Of a stretch of DNA of 64,000 nt, positions 11,343-24,343 are shown piece after piece. Location: contig JAAUPE010000015.1 of assembly GCA_012034595.1 (NCBI GenBank), forward strand, positions 352 to 64,351, in the 5' to 3' direction. Under the pieces are notes generated by a model that was given only the letters and a program-made list of their open reading frames with translations, did not search any database and was not told where the DNA came from. Every line of letters begins with the position of its first letter. Positions within the stretch are counted from its first letter, which is position 1. A program made the translations under genes and the position numbers. This DNA comes from Calothrix sp. CSU_2_0. GTDB taxonomy: Bacteria > Cyanobacteriota > Cyanobacteriia > Cyanobacteriales > Nostocaceae.

Positions 11343-11363
11343 AGACGACCCGGTGGGTCGTCT
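11343..11363. repeat. Small palindromic dispersed repeat (AGACG-type, 9-bp stem, GGT loop)
   Basis: agacgaccc-ggt-gggtcgtct lies immediately after the SNF2 stop. It belongs to the same family as 30981, 36125, 39052 and 55966. Confidence 0.6.
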
Positions 11364-11429
11364 TAATAAAATTTCCACCAGGTCGTTTTTAAAAATTAAA
11401 AATCCACAATCCAAAATTCAAAATAAATC

Positions 11430-12269
11430 ATGTCTAATGATACATTACAAGCCAGTCGTGAATGGTGGTCGCAAAGATGGTTAGAATTACTCGATTCTTA
11501 CCGCTTTAAAAAACGCTTAGAACGGGCAAGAAATTATTCCCGTCAAGGTAATGTCTTAAGCATAGAATTTAAAGGTGAAAAAGTATTTGCTAAAGTCCAA
11601 GGTAGCGAACCCGAACCTTACAAAGTATCACTTTCTCTAGACCCTTTTAGTGATGAAGAATGGAATTATGTAGTTGAAGCAATGTCCCAAAAAGCTATTT
11701 TTGCAGCCAAACTTTTAGCAGGAGAAATGCCACAAAATATCGAAGAAGTATTTACATCTAGCGGTTTATCATTGTTTCCATTCACCTTATCAGATGTTCG
11801 CAGTAAATGTACTTGTCCCGATAAGGCAAACCCTTGTAAGCATGTTGGTGCAGTCTACTACCAATTAGGAGACAGATTTAGCGAAGATCCTTTTGTATTA
11901 TTCCAATTACGGGGACGTACAAAAGAAGAAATTATTCGCTATTTACGCAATCTTCGTTGCGAACATAGTAGCAATAATCCCGATATCACCGATATAGAAG
12001 TAACTGAAAATTCAAAACTATCACCCATTAAACAATACCCAGTCAATCTTAAATCTTATTGGAAATATGACGAACCACTCGAATCCTCATTAGTCGTAAT
12101 CGCACCATCTAACAGCGAAAATATTTTAAATGTATTAGGTTCGATTCCTTTAGCAAAAGAAGAGGAAAATATACCTAATTTTTCTGCTGCTGATATCGTG
12201 GCAAAATATTTAGATAGCCTTTACAAAGATGTCAGTCAAAAAGCTATTATTACAGCAATGAATGTTTAG
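11430..12269 (+). CDS. SWIM zinc-finger protein, partner of the SNF2 helicase
   Basis: Carries the CxC..CxH signature CTCPDKANPCKH. It lies 87 nt downstream of the SNF2 gene on the same strand. Confidence 0.85.
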   Translation: MSNDTLQASREWWSQRWLELLDSYRFKKRLERARNYSRQGNVLSIEFKGEKVFAKVQGSEPEPYKVSLSLDPFSDEEWNYVVEAMSQKAIFAAKLLAGEMPQNIEEVFTSSGLSLFPFTLSDVRSKCTCPDKANPCKHVGAVYYQLGDRFSEDPFVLFQLRGRTKEEIIRYLRNLRCEHSSNNPDITDIEVTENSKLSPIKQYPVNLKSYWKYDEPLESSLVVIAPSNSENILNVLGSIPLAKEEENIPNFSAADIVAKYLDSLYKDVSQKAIITAMNV

Positions 12270-12421
12270 GAAGGCTTTCTTTACCTACAATTCTGAATGA
12301 ACTTTTATATTTGCCTTGTTTGGTTAAAGAAAATTTATTAATTTCTAGGTTCTGGAAACCAAGTTACATTTGCTACGATTGCTTACGTGTTATAACAACA
12401 ATGTAATTTCGCGTAACCAAA

Positions 12422-12730
12422 ATGGAATTTCAAAACAAAGTTATTTCAGTCGAGCTTGCAGATGGTACAGTTGTTAAAGTTGAAGCATCTTCGATAGGCG
12501 ATCGCAAAGTTGGATTACAAACCCGACCTTTTAGCGAAGCAACTGTCGCAATTAAATCTCTAGCTAGAGAAATTGCCGAAACCGTACAAACAATTAAACC
12601 CGATAAAGCCAGAGTTCGCTTCGGAATCGAAATTGGCATAGATGCGGGTAAATTGACAGCCATCCTCGCAAAAGGAACCAATACAGCCAATCTCGAAATA
12701 ACTTTGGAATGGGATAGTTCGGATAATTAA
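12422..12730 (+). CDS. Trypco2-like (trypsin-co-occurring domain 2, CU044_2847-like) small protein
   Basis: 102 aa. The pattern VELADGTVVKVE ... ARVRFGIEIGIDAGKL.AILAKGT..ANLEITLEW matches the family consensus as I recall it. Confidence 0.6.
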   Translation: MEFQNKVISVELADGTVVKVEASSIGDRKVGLQTRPFSEATVAIKSLAREIAETVQTIKPDKARVRFGIEIGIDAGKLTAILAKGTNTANLEITLEWDSSDN

Positions 12731-12893
12731 AATATATTCTGATGCGATCGCTATATATTTACCTTATACCATTTTGGATTTTAGATTTTGGATTGTGAAA
12801 TATTTACTGCATAAGCTTTTCGCGACTCCATCTGTCGCAATTATTTTTCCAATTGGTATTAACTTAAATTAAATTAAATTAAATTAACTTAAA

Positions 12894-14090
12894 TTAACGC
12901 GCTGTTGTAGTGCGTTTGCGTCTTCTTCCCCTTGGTAATTGAGTATTAATGGGGACAACTTCCGCTTCATTACTTTCCCTTGCCACACGAATCAATATTC
13001 CCGCAGCAAGCAGACTTGCAATCATCGAATTACCACCGTAACTAAATAAAGGTAAAGGCAAACCCGTTGTTGGTAACGCCCCCGTAGTTACCCCAATATG
13101 CAACAATGATTGTCCCACCATCACCACTGTAATCCCGATCGCAATCAATCGATAAGTTGGGTTTGTAGCTTTCATTGCCACAATTAACCCCAAAGTGGCA
13201 TATATCGCTAACACTATCAGAAATAGCATACAACCAACGAATCCAAACTCCTCAGCAAAGACAGAAAAAATGAAGTCGGTATCTTGAATCGGTAAATAAA
13301 ACAGCTTTTGTTGCGATTGCCCAAAACCAGCACCCATTTTTCCACCAGAACCAACAGCAAGCAAACTTTGGACTAGCTGATAACCATTTCCAGTTGCGTC
13401 AGCCCAAGGATTGATAAAAGACATAACTCGCTTGCGCTGATATTCGCGAAAACAAATACTCATTACCGCTAACACAATCCCACCAACCGCAGTTCCACCC
13501 AAATATTTATAAGGTAATCCCGCACCAAGGGCAATTAACCAAATAGTCATACCGCAAAGTGCAGCAGTACTCAAGTTCGGTTGGGCAAGAATTCCCAAAA
13601 CTATTAACCCAAATACACCCAACCAAGTAAACCTAACTCGCCAAGTTAACTTATCCCATTGTCCGAATAATCTGGCACTTTGAATCACCAAAAATGGTTT
13701 AATTAATTCTGATGGCTGAATAGGAACTGGTCCCAATAACCGACGCGCTGCACCCAAGTCGCTTTTACCAAGTCCAGGAATTAGGGTGACAAAAATTAAC
13801 AGCAAAAATAAGAAGATAAACCAATGGGATATCCCTGATATCCTGCGAATTGGAGTATTGACGACTATATTAAATGCGAATAAACCGACAACTACCCACA
13901 TCAGTTGTCGTCCAAAATAATATAAACCGTCTTTGTAACGGGTATCCGCAACTGGGTAAGATGCGGAAAATAAGACAACTAAACCGACAAACAGCCAAAC
14001 CATCGTCATCCAGCGCAACAAACGCGCTTCTAAAGCCCAACTGTTAACGGAGTCATCAAGGAATGGTATCAAACGACGGATTATCTTCAC
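12894..14090 (-). CDS. ftsW: FtsW/RodA/SpoVE-family peptidoglycan polymerase, probably FtsW
   Basis: 398 aa, about 10 TM helices, SEDS motifs (PSELIKP, LPLPLFSYGG) and a basic C-terminal tail. Confidence 0.8.
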   Translation of the reverse strand: MKIIRRLIPFLDDSVNSWALEARLLRWMTMVWLFVGLVVLFSASYPVADTRYKDGLYYFGRQLMWVVVGLFAFNIVVNTPIRRISGISHWFIFLFLLLIFVTLIPGLGKSDLGAARRLLGPVPIQPSELIKPFLVIQSARLFGQWDKLTWRVRFTWLGVFGLIVLGILAQPNLSTAALCGMTIWLIALGAGLPYKYLGGTAVGGIVLAVMSICFREYQRKRVMSFINPWADATGNGYQLVQSLLAVGSGGKMGAGFGQSQQKLFYLPIQDTDFIFSVFAEEFGFVGCMLFLIVLAIYATLGLIVAMKATNPTYRLIAIGITVVMVGQSLLHIGVTTGALPTTGLPLPLFSYGGNSMIASLLAAGILIRVARESNEAEVVPINTQLPRGRRRKRTTTAR

Positions 14091-14261
14091 GGGAATATGG
14101 GTGAATTAGATAGTTATATATAAAGTTGAAGAATATATCGCAGTACGAATCAGAAAATCGCTAGCGTATGCGATCGCATTTTTCTGATGTATCGCAGCCA
14201 ATACTACACCCAAACTTCGCTATCCGCAAATACTACTCTCAAATTCATGGCAAATATCCCA

Positions 14262-14287
14262 AACAAAAAGAGGTCAAATTCGACCCC
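14262..14287 (-). terminator. Rho-independent terminator of the apc operon
   Basis: The minus strand reads ggggtc-gaattt-gacctc followed by TTTTTGTTTG, about 40 nt after the apcC stop. Confidence 0.55.
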
Positions 14288-14327
14288 TTCCGCAACTCCT
14301 TATTTATCTTCTAAACTGTAATTATAT

Positions 14328-14531
14328 TTAGATAAGACCTGTATTCATACCTTGCTTACCAGTAGCAAGTTCAACTTTAACAATTTTTCCACCCATTTTT
14401 TGAATCCGTTGCTGCTCTTTAAACCAGTTTTCGTAGGGAACTAGCTTAGTAAAGAAAGTATTTTGTAACTCGCGTTGGGTACGAATTCGAGTTTGGCTAG
14501 GGACGCAAGCAGTAATCTTAAATACACGCAT
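14328..14531 (-). CDS. apcC: Phycobilisome core linker Lc 7.8
   Basis: 67 aa, MRVFKITACVPSQTRIRTQRELQNTFFTKLVPY.., the canonical ApcC sequence, located downstream of apcB. Confidence 0.93.
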   Translation of the reverse strand: MRVFKITACVPSQTRIRTQRELQNTFFTKLVPYENWFKEQQRIQKMGGKIVKVELATGKQGMNTGLI

Positions 14532-14781
14532 TGTAGTAAATCTCCTATCTCCAAGGGGTATAACTTTTTTATTTGAATTTATCTCAAGAAATTTTTGAGT
14601 GTCTTACCTATTCACTCCAAGACTGGAAATCAAGCATCAATACTAGATAATTAAAACTCATCTAAAATAAAGTCAATTCTGAACCCTTTAATATTTAGTG
14701 CTGTTTTATTAGCACTTAGAACTCAGCACTCTAAACGATAAGCAATCAACTTCCTAGCACTCACGATTGATTTCCAGTCCC

Positions 14782-14810
14782 TTTTAAAACGCACCTACAT
14801 AATGCGGTGC
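14782..14810 (-). terminator. Internal (attenuating) hairpin between apcB and apcC
   Basis: The minus strand reads gcacc-gcattatgta-ggtgc followed by GTTTTAAAA, 12 nt after the apcB stop. A partial terminator at this position is known for apc operons. Confidence 0.5.
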
Positions 14811-14821
14811 ATTCTCAATCC

Positions 14822-15307
14822 TTAGCTTAAGCCAGAACTGATGTAGTCGAAGTATACGCCCATTTCCTTGCCAGCGTCAGGACCAACCAAGCTAGCGGTT
14901 ACTTCTTTCATCGATTGGATAGCTTGAACGGTAGCACCAACAGGTACACCTAAAGAGTTATAGGTTTCTTTCAAACCGTTAAGAACACGCTCATCTAAGA
15001 TAGAAGGGTCGCCAGCTAGCATTGCATAGGTGGCATAACGGAGGTAGTAGTCTAAGTCGCGGATGCAAGCTGCATAGCGACGGGTGGTGTACATATTACC
15101 ACCGGGACGGGTGATATCTGAGTACAACAAAGACTTAGCAACAGCTTCTTTTACAATTGCAGCTGCGTTAGCGCTGATAGAAGTAGCTGCACGAACGCGA
15201 AGTTCGCCAGTTGCAAAGTAGCCTTTGAGCTTTTCCATTGCGGATGTATCGAGGTATTTACCTTGAACGTCCGAAGAGTTGATTACTGCGGTAATTGCGT
15301 CTTGCAT
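14822..15307 (-). CDS. apcB: Allophycocyanin beta subunit
   Basis: 161 aa, [20 protein letters not shown].., with the chromophore-binding Cys in RRYAACIRD. Confidence 0.96.
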   Translation of the reverse strand: MQDAITAVINSSDVQGKYLDTSAMEKLKGYFATGELRVRAATSISANAAAIVKEAVAKSLLYSDITRPGGNMYTTRRYAACIRDLDYYLRYATYAMLAGDPSILDERVLNGLKETYNSLGVPVGATVQAIQSMKEVTASLVGPDAGKEMGVYFDYISSGLS

Positions 15308-15392
15308 CTTGTTATTTCCTTATTTCCAACCGTATTGCAATAATTCGGTATCACAGATAAAAGCGATATCACAGTTTGGGACAACCCAAAAA

Positions 15393-15878
15393 CTATGACA
15401 TAGCACCGATTACGTAGTCGAAGTAAGAGCCGGCTTCTGAAGCATCATCACCCGACATCATGCCAGTAGCAATGCCTTTCATCGCGGAAACGCCACCTGC
15501 AACTGCGTCGATGGGGGTTCCCAAGGAGCGGTACATTTCACGCACACCAACGATACCGATTTCTTCGATTGGAGTTACGTCACCAGATACGATTCCGTAG
15601 GTGATGAGACGTAAATAGTAGTCCATGTCCCGCAGGCAGGTAGCGGTCATTTCTTGACCGTATGCGTTTCCACCAGGAGAAACTACATCAGGACGCTTTT
15701 GGAACAATTGGTCGCCAGCTTGCTTAACGATACGCTCGCGGTTATCGGTCAATACTTGAGCGATACGAAGGCGCTTTTCTCCATTGGTGACGAAGGATTT
15801 GATTCCATCCAATTCACCAGGGCTGAGATAGCGTGCTTCTGCATCGGCATTCACGATGGACTTCGTGACGATACTCAT
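15393..15878 (-). CDS. apcA: Allophycocyanin alpha subunit
   Basis: 161 aa, [24 protein letters not shown].., with Cys in TATCLRD. Confidence 0.96.
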   Translation of the reverse strand: MSIVTKSIVNADAEARYLSPGELDGIKSFVTNGEKRLRIAQVLTDNRERIVKQAGDQLFQKRPDVVSPGGNAYGQEMTATCLRDMDYYLRLITYGIVSGDVTPIEEIGIVGVREMYRSLGTPIDAVAGGVSAMKGIATGMMSGDDASEAGSYFDYVIGAMS

Positions 15879-16340
15879 TAATGGATTCCTCCAAATACGA
15901 ATAAAACCAGGGTTTATAGACTGGTGCGACTATTAAAACGGTAACTTCAAGTCTTGAATACCCTTCTTGCTTCCACAGTTTTGATAACTGTGCTGACAAA
16001 ACTAGGTTGACAAGCTTACTTGTTTATTTACGTTCTTCCGTAAATATTACAAGTACACGAGCCTCAAAACTCAACTACCCCTTGTGGAAATATTTTCGGG
16101 CATTTTGTTGAGTATTTATGACTCTTCTTCACACTTTGTAACATTCATTTCAGTTTTGGTTTGCGTTAAGCAAAGCTTATCGCTAAAAGCGTATCCTCCG
16201 GAGAATCGTACCTAAAAAGCACTTCACAGAAAACTACCAGCAGCAAGGGAGGTGACTGTTGGTAGAAATTTGTTATTTATGTTTGGGAAAGGACTTAAGG
16301 ACTAAAGATAAATTATCTTAGTCCCTAATCCTAGTTTCAC

Positions 16341-19673
<3,333 letters not shown>

Positions 19674-19976
19674 TTATGTGTTAAGCCTGGACTAGCCTGA
19701 GACTTGACTTTTTGGTAAAAATATGGATTACCTCTGTCGTCTACAATAGCTACCAGAAAAAATTAACCCAGTCAGCTTTTAGATTAGAACGTTTTGCGCT
19801 TCTACTGGGGGTTTATTAAGAAGTGTATCGAACCTGATAGTCCATATATCAAGTCGAAGTAGTACTTACTCCGCTTTGGCTGAGAAAATCCCTAAGTTTT
19901 GTATCTATTAAGTTATAGAAATGTTTAGTTATAGGTTTTGCCAATGAAGAAAGTACCTGTTTTTAATTTAACAGTA

Positions 19977-20130
19977 TTGACACTCCCCGGCATAAATGCG
20001 CGGGGATTCTTGGTTCAACGAGACCACTTAAACTAGACTCCTTGCGTTATCTAATCCAGAGGTGGGACTCTCCCCAAGCGTTACTTTCCCCATGCCCTGG
20101 GGTAGTTGCATTTCTGCAAGTCCTTTTTAG
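19977..20130 (-). mobile_element. Possible remnant of the 3' end / omega-RNA region of an IS605/IS1341-family tnpB element
   Basis: A GC-rich, hairpin-dense island in an AT-rich spacer. The minus strand encodes ..VVSLNQESPRIYAGECQ, which resembles the conserved C-terminal tail of cyanobacterial TnpB proteins. No intact ORF is present. Confidence 0.35.
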
Positions 20131-20690
20131 ATTGAAACATTTGTTCCAAAATTCTGATTCGTCTAGCTCCTATGAATCTTTTACCTACTGCTAGGAAGAA
20201 ACTAGAACAATGCAGTAGAACCGCATAGATTCAATTGTCAAGGTTCAGATTGCCGTTAGGCAGTTAGGTTTTTATACAGGTTGATTACCGTTCCTGTTGG
20301 TACTATTTTACCATCAAAGCAGGATAAATCCTGCGGGGAGCTTTCATCCCCTGTCTGTTCGCGTAGCGTTCCCGAAGGGTAGCACGAAATACGCAACTGT
20401 GTTGCTGTTTCTCAGGGGTTTTCAGCATTTTCCTTATAAATTCCCTGTGTTCAATAAGTTTTTGGGAAATTTGTTTTTGGGACATTTTTTGGAGAAAATA
20501 GTTTTTGTTCTAGTTTTTGTTCAATTCCAATGACTGATGATGTTGTTAAATCTATGTCTAATATAAATGAGGGCAAAGGGTTGTTTGTCCCTGCGATCGC
20601 AATAAAAACATAAATCAACATAACTATCTCTCGAAGTCTAAATTTCGATACACTCAGAAATGCTGCCAGATAAAATATGAATAGCGAACC

Positions 20691-21872
20691 ATGTCCGACA
20701 CCCAGAAAGTTAGTGACGCTGTTGCCAAACTCTACGATACGTACCCATTTCCCCCAGAACCAATTCTGGATGAACCACCACCAGGTTATAACTGGCGTTG
20801 GAATTGGTTAGCTGCATATAATTTTTGTACGGGGATGAAACCACAAAAGCAAAATATTCGCATTCTTGATGCGGGTTGCGGTTCCGGTGTGGGTACGGAA
20901 TATTTGGTGCATTTGAACCCGTTTGCGGAAGTTGTGGGAATCGATTTGAGTGCTGGAACCCTGGAAGTTGCTAAGGAACGCTGTCAACGCAGTGGTGCGA
21001 ACCGTGCGGAGTTCCATCAATTGAGCTTGTTTGATGTGGAACAGTTGCCAGGGGAATTTGATTTAATTAATAGTGTTGGGGTTCTGCACCATACGAATGA
21101 TCCAATCCGGGGAATTCAAGCTTTGGCAAATAAACTCGCACCTGGGGGAATTTTCCATATTTTTGTGTATGGAGAATTGGGACGTTGGGAAATTCAGTTA
21201 ATGCAAAAAGCGATCGCACTTCTTCAAGGTGATAAAAAAGGTGATTATCCTGATGGTGTAGCAGTTGGCAGGCAAATATTTAATTCCCTACCCGAACATA
21301 ACCGGATTTTGAAGCGGGAAAAGGAACGTTGGTCGATGGAAAACCAGCGTGATGAGAATTTTGCCGATATGTATGTCCATCCTCAAGAGATTGATTACAA
21401 TATCGATACTTTATTTGACTTAATTGACGCTTCAGGCTTAGAATTCGTCGGGTTTTCCAATCCGGCTTTTTGGGACTTAGAAAGACTTTTGAGTCAAGCT
21501 CCAGAATTAATCGACCGCAGCAAAAATTTATCTCAACGCCAACTTTACAGGTTAATCGAATTATTAGACCCAGAAACCAGCCATTACGAATTTTTCCTTG
21601 CCCGTCCACCTTTTACTAAAGCCGATTGGCAAAGCGATCGCAATTTACTCGCTGCAATTCCAGAAGTTAGCCCATGCATAGATGGGTTCCCAAGTCAAAC
21701 AATATTTAATTATGATTACAAAATTGTTAAATTATCCGACAGGGAATTTACATTTATGCAAGCATGTGACGGTAAATTAACGGTAAGCGAGATTTTAGAA
21801 ACAGTGGAGTTTAGTTTGGGTGAAGTGCGATCGCTCCAACAGCAACAGCTAATTATGCTCACCCCAGCTTGA
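20691..21872 (+). CDS. Class I SAM-dependent methyltransferase with a C-terminal extension
   Basis: Carries SAM motif I ILDAGCGSGVGTEYL and the post-I acidic residue (GIDLS). 393 aa. Confidence 0.8.
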   Translation: MSDTQKVSDAVAKLYDTYPFPPEPILDEPPPGYNWRWNWLAAYNFCTGMKPQKQNIRILDAGCGSGVGTEYLVHLNPFAEVVGIDLSAGTLEVAKERCQRSGANRAEFHQLSLFDVEQLPGEFDLINSVGVLHHTNDPIRGIQALANKLAPGGIFHIFVYGELGRWEIQLMQKAIALLQGDKKGDYPDGVAVGRQIFNSLPEHNRILKREKERWSMENQRDENFADMYVHPQEIDYNIDTLFDLIDASGLEFVGFSNPAFWDLERLLSQAPELIDRSKNLSQRQLYRLIELLDPETSHYEFFLARPPFTKADWQSDRNLLAAIPEVSPCIDGFPSQTIFNYDYKIVKLSDREFTFMQACDGKLTVSEILETVEFSLGEVRSLQQQQLIMLTPA

Positions 21873-22388
21873 GATTATCTTTATACAAACAGACTGCGTA
21901 TAGCACTTTCTTAAGTGGTAGTCCAGAACAAAAACAGAAAAAACTAAAAGCTAGAATATTGAATAGGAGAGTTTTGGCTTTCAACTTCTCTTTGCTTCTC
22001 ATCCCAATTCCTTTTAAACAGGCTTAGGCTCTCATAGCACGCCACAGTTCTAAAATTCAGAGGCAAGGGTTGTAAAAATACGCACGAAATTAGAAAAAGT
22101 TAGTGTAGATTTTTCCATCATACCCATACTCTATTTTGCTCTCTCTGATTTCCGGAATCTCTGGTCTTCCATCTTTCTTTTTCGGCTGATGGTAACTTAG
22201 TTGGCAGTGTTGGAATCTGTCCTCATCGCAATCCCTTAAAGGGTGGGAACCCTTTACATAACTGCTGATTGGCTCGAAAGGTGACAATTAAGTTAATTAG
22301 TTTTTTCTAAAGTATTGTTACCCAATCGTGATATGATTCAACTGGCTGAAAATGTGTAGTCAACATAGCTGTACTGGTTTTACGTCCT

Positions 22389-22826
22389 GTGAGCTTGTCA
22401 GACGAATCAATCGAACCAACAACACGACAAGATGCTCCAACTGGTTTTGAGGATCCAAAACCAGACAATTCCATGCAAGAGTTTTATCAACTCTACAAGC
22501 AGTTGATAATAACAACAATTGTTTTGATCGGAATTGCTTTCATCTCTGTGTGGATTTTTTACTCCGTAAACATTGCCCTCAACTATCTACTTGGGGCGTT
22601 TGCGGGCGTGATTTACTTAAGAATGTTGGCTAAAGATGTTGAGCGGCTAGGTACAGAAAAACAAAGTTTGAGCAAGAATCGTCTTGCTCTATTTGTCGGG
22701 TTGATCGTAGTAGCAACTCAATGGCAACAACTAAAAATTTTGCCCATATTCTTGGGATTTCTGACCTACAAAGCAACGCTCCTCGTCTATATGCTGCAAA
22801 TTGCGTTCACACCTGACTCTAAGTAA
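22389..22826 (+). CDS. atpI: ATP synthase protein I (cyanobacterial atp1)
   Basis: A small hydrophobic protein directly upstream of the a subunit. GTG start. The call rests on position and hydropathy. Confidence 0.7.
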   Translation: MSLSDESIEPTTRQDAPTGFEDPKPDNSMQEFYQLYKQLIITTIVLIGIAFISVWIFYSVNIALNYLLGAFAGVIYLRMLAKDVERLGTEKQSLSKNRLALFVGLIVVATQWQQLKILPIFLGFLTYKATLLVYMLQIAFTPDSK

Positions 22827-22888
22827 ACTAGATTAGGTTTATAAAAGGTAGTCCTCCATCCTAACTGTTTGGGGAAAGTTCTTGAAGA

Positions 22889-23647
22889 ATGCACATGTTT
22901 AGTGTTTTAAATGCCTTTAATTCTTTTCCCCTAGCCTCCTTAGAAGTAGGTCATCATTTCTACTGGCAATTGGGCAATTTCAAACTACATGGTCAAGTAT
23001 TTTTGACCTCATGGTTTGTAATTGGTGTTCTTGTAATAGCTTCTTTAGCTGCAACAAGAAATATCCAGAAAGTTCCTAGCGGCATCCAAAACTTAATGGA
23101 ATATGCCCTAGAATTTATTCGGGATTTAGCCAAAAACCAGATTGGAGAAAAAGAGTATCGCCCTTGGGTACCTTTTATTGGCACGCTATTCTTGTTTATC
23201 TTCGTCTCAAATTGGTCTGGTGCCTTAATTCCTTGGAAGCTACTTAGGCTCCCAGAAGGGGAATTAGCCGCACCGACAAATGACATTAACACGACGGTAG
23301 CATTAGCGTTGTTAACCTCCTTAGCCTACTTCTACGCTGGTTTTAGAAAGCGCGGTCTAGGATACTTTAAAAAGTATATAGAACCTACGCCGATTCTGTT
23401 ACCGATCGCAATTCTCGAAGACTTCACCAAGCCTCTTTCCCTAAGCTTCCGTCTATTTGGTAATATCTTGGCGGACGAATTGGTAGTAGGAGTACTAGTT
23501 TTGCTAGTTCCTCTATTTATACCTTTGCCTGTTATGGCTTTAGGTTTGTTTACCAGTGCAATTCAAGCCTTGGTTTTCGCCACACTAGCTGCTGCATATA
23601 TCCATGAAGCCCTGGAAGGGCATGGTGAAGAGCATGAGGAACATTAG
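22889..23647 (+). CDS. atpB: F0F1 ATP synthase subunit a (cyanobacterial name atpI)
   Basis: 252 aa with [13 protein letters not shown], which contains the essential Arg. Confidence 0.95.
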   Translation: MHMFSVLNAFNSFPLASLEVGHHFYWQLGNFKLHGQVFLTSWFVIGVLVIASLAATRNIQKVPSGIQNLMEYALEFIRDLAKNQIGEKEYRPWVPFIGTLFLFIFVSNWSGALIPWKLLRLPEGELAAPTNDINTTVALALLTSLAYFYAGFRKRGLGYFKKYIEPTPILLPIAILEDFTKPLSLSFRLFGNILADELVVGVLVLLVPLFIPLPVMALGLFTSAIQALVFATLAAAYIHEALEGHGEEHEEH

Positions 23648-23782
23648 AATCCTCAATGAATTTTGGATTTTGGATTTTGGATTTTGGATTTTAGAATCTA
23701 ATATCGGGATTAGAATCCTCAATGAATTTTGGATTTTGGGTTTTAGATTTTAGATTTTGGATTTTAGAATCTAATATCGGGA
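23644..23782. repeat. Tandem duplication (66 + 73 nt) of an STRR-containing unit; copy 1 includes the atpB stop codon
   Basis: ttagaatcctcaatgaattttggatttt..ttagaatctaatatcggga occurs twice back to back. Confidence 0.85.
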
Positions 23783-23840
23783 ATCGCAAATTTGGTTTGA
23801 TAGCCAAAATAACGTTTTGAACTTTTTTTGTACAAAGTAA

Positions 23841-24101
<261 letters not shown>

Positions 24102-24116
24102 GACGAATAGTTAATG

Positions 24117-24231
24117 GTAGAGACGCGATCGCATTATCAAGAAAGAATACGGTTGTCAGTAGTCAGTAGTCAGAATTAATGCTGACTTCTGAATTCTGAC
24201 TCCTGAATTCTTCTTCGTCATCCGTCTCTAC
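24117..24231. repeat. 115-bp MITE-like element bounded by 9-bp inverted repeats, between the c and b' genes
   Basis: gtagagacg (24117-24125) pairs with cgtctctac (24223-24231). The interior holds CAGTAGT heptamers and an inner hairpin (tcagaatt/aattctga). Confidence 0.6.
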
Positions 24232-24343
24232 AATCGACCAATTGTTTTCCAGCTTCCCCTGTTGGCAATAGCTTTTCAAGATATGAAAGATACGATGATG
24301 TTGTTTCCTATGAAAACTACCTTGCAAGCCAAAGAGGGAAAAA

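Noticed and set aside
19976-20000. Sigma70-type promoter (TTGACA at 19977) driving a plus-strand sRNA
   Set aside because: The spacing to the nearest TAnnnT-like box is too short (about 10 nt). The TTGACA is better explained as the reverse complement of the element's terminal ..GTGTCAA.
20297-20533. Two overlapping small ORFs (78 aa on plus, 60 aa on minus) upstream of the methyltransferase
   Set aside because: They cover dispersed-repeat sequence (gcaggataaatcctgc, gcgtagcgttcccgaagggtagcacg). Being mutually antisense, they are more likely repeat translations. The minus ORF's first 25 codons could be real, but I cannot support that.
22235-22262. Second copy of the CRISPR-repeat-like motif (cccttaaagggtgggaaccc versus cccttaaaagagtgggatt)
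   Set aside because: The similarity covers about 16 nt with mismatches, and the ATTGAAAC handle is missing. It is probably chance or an unrelated hairpin.
22090-22287. 65-aa minus-strand ORF upstream of the atp operon
   Set aside because: No motif, odd composition, and it lies in the probable atp promoter/leader region.
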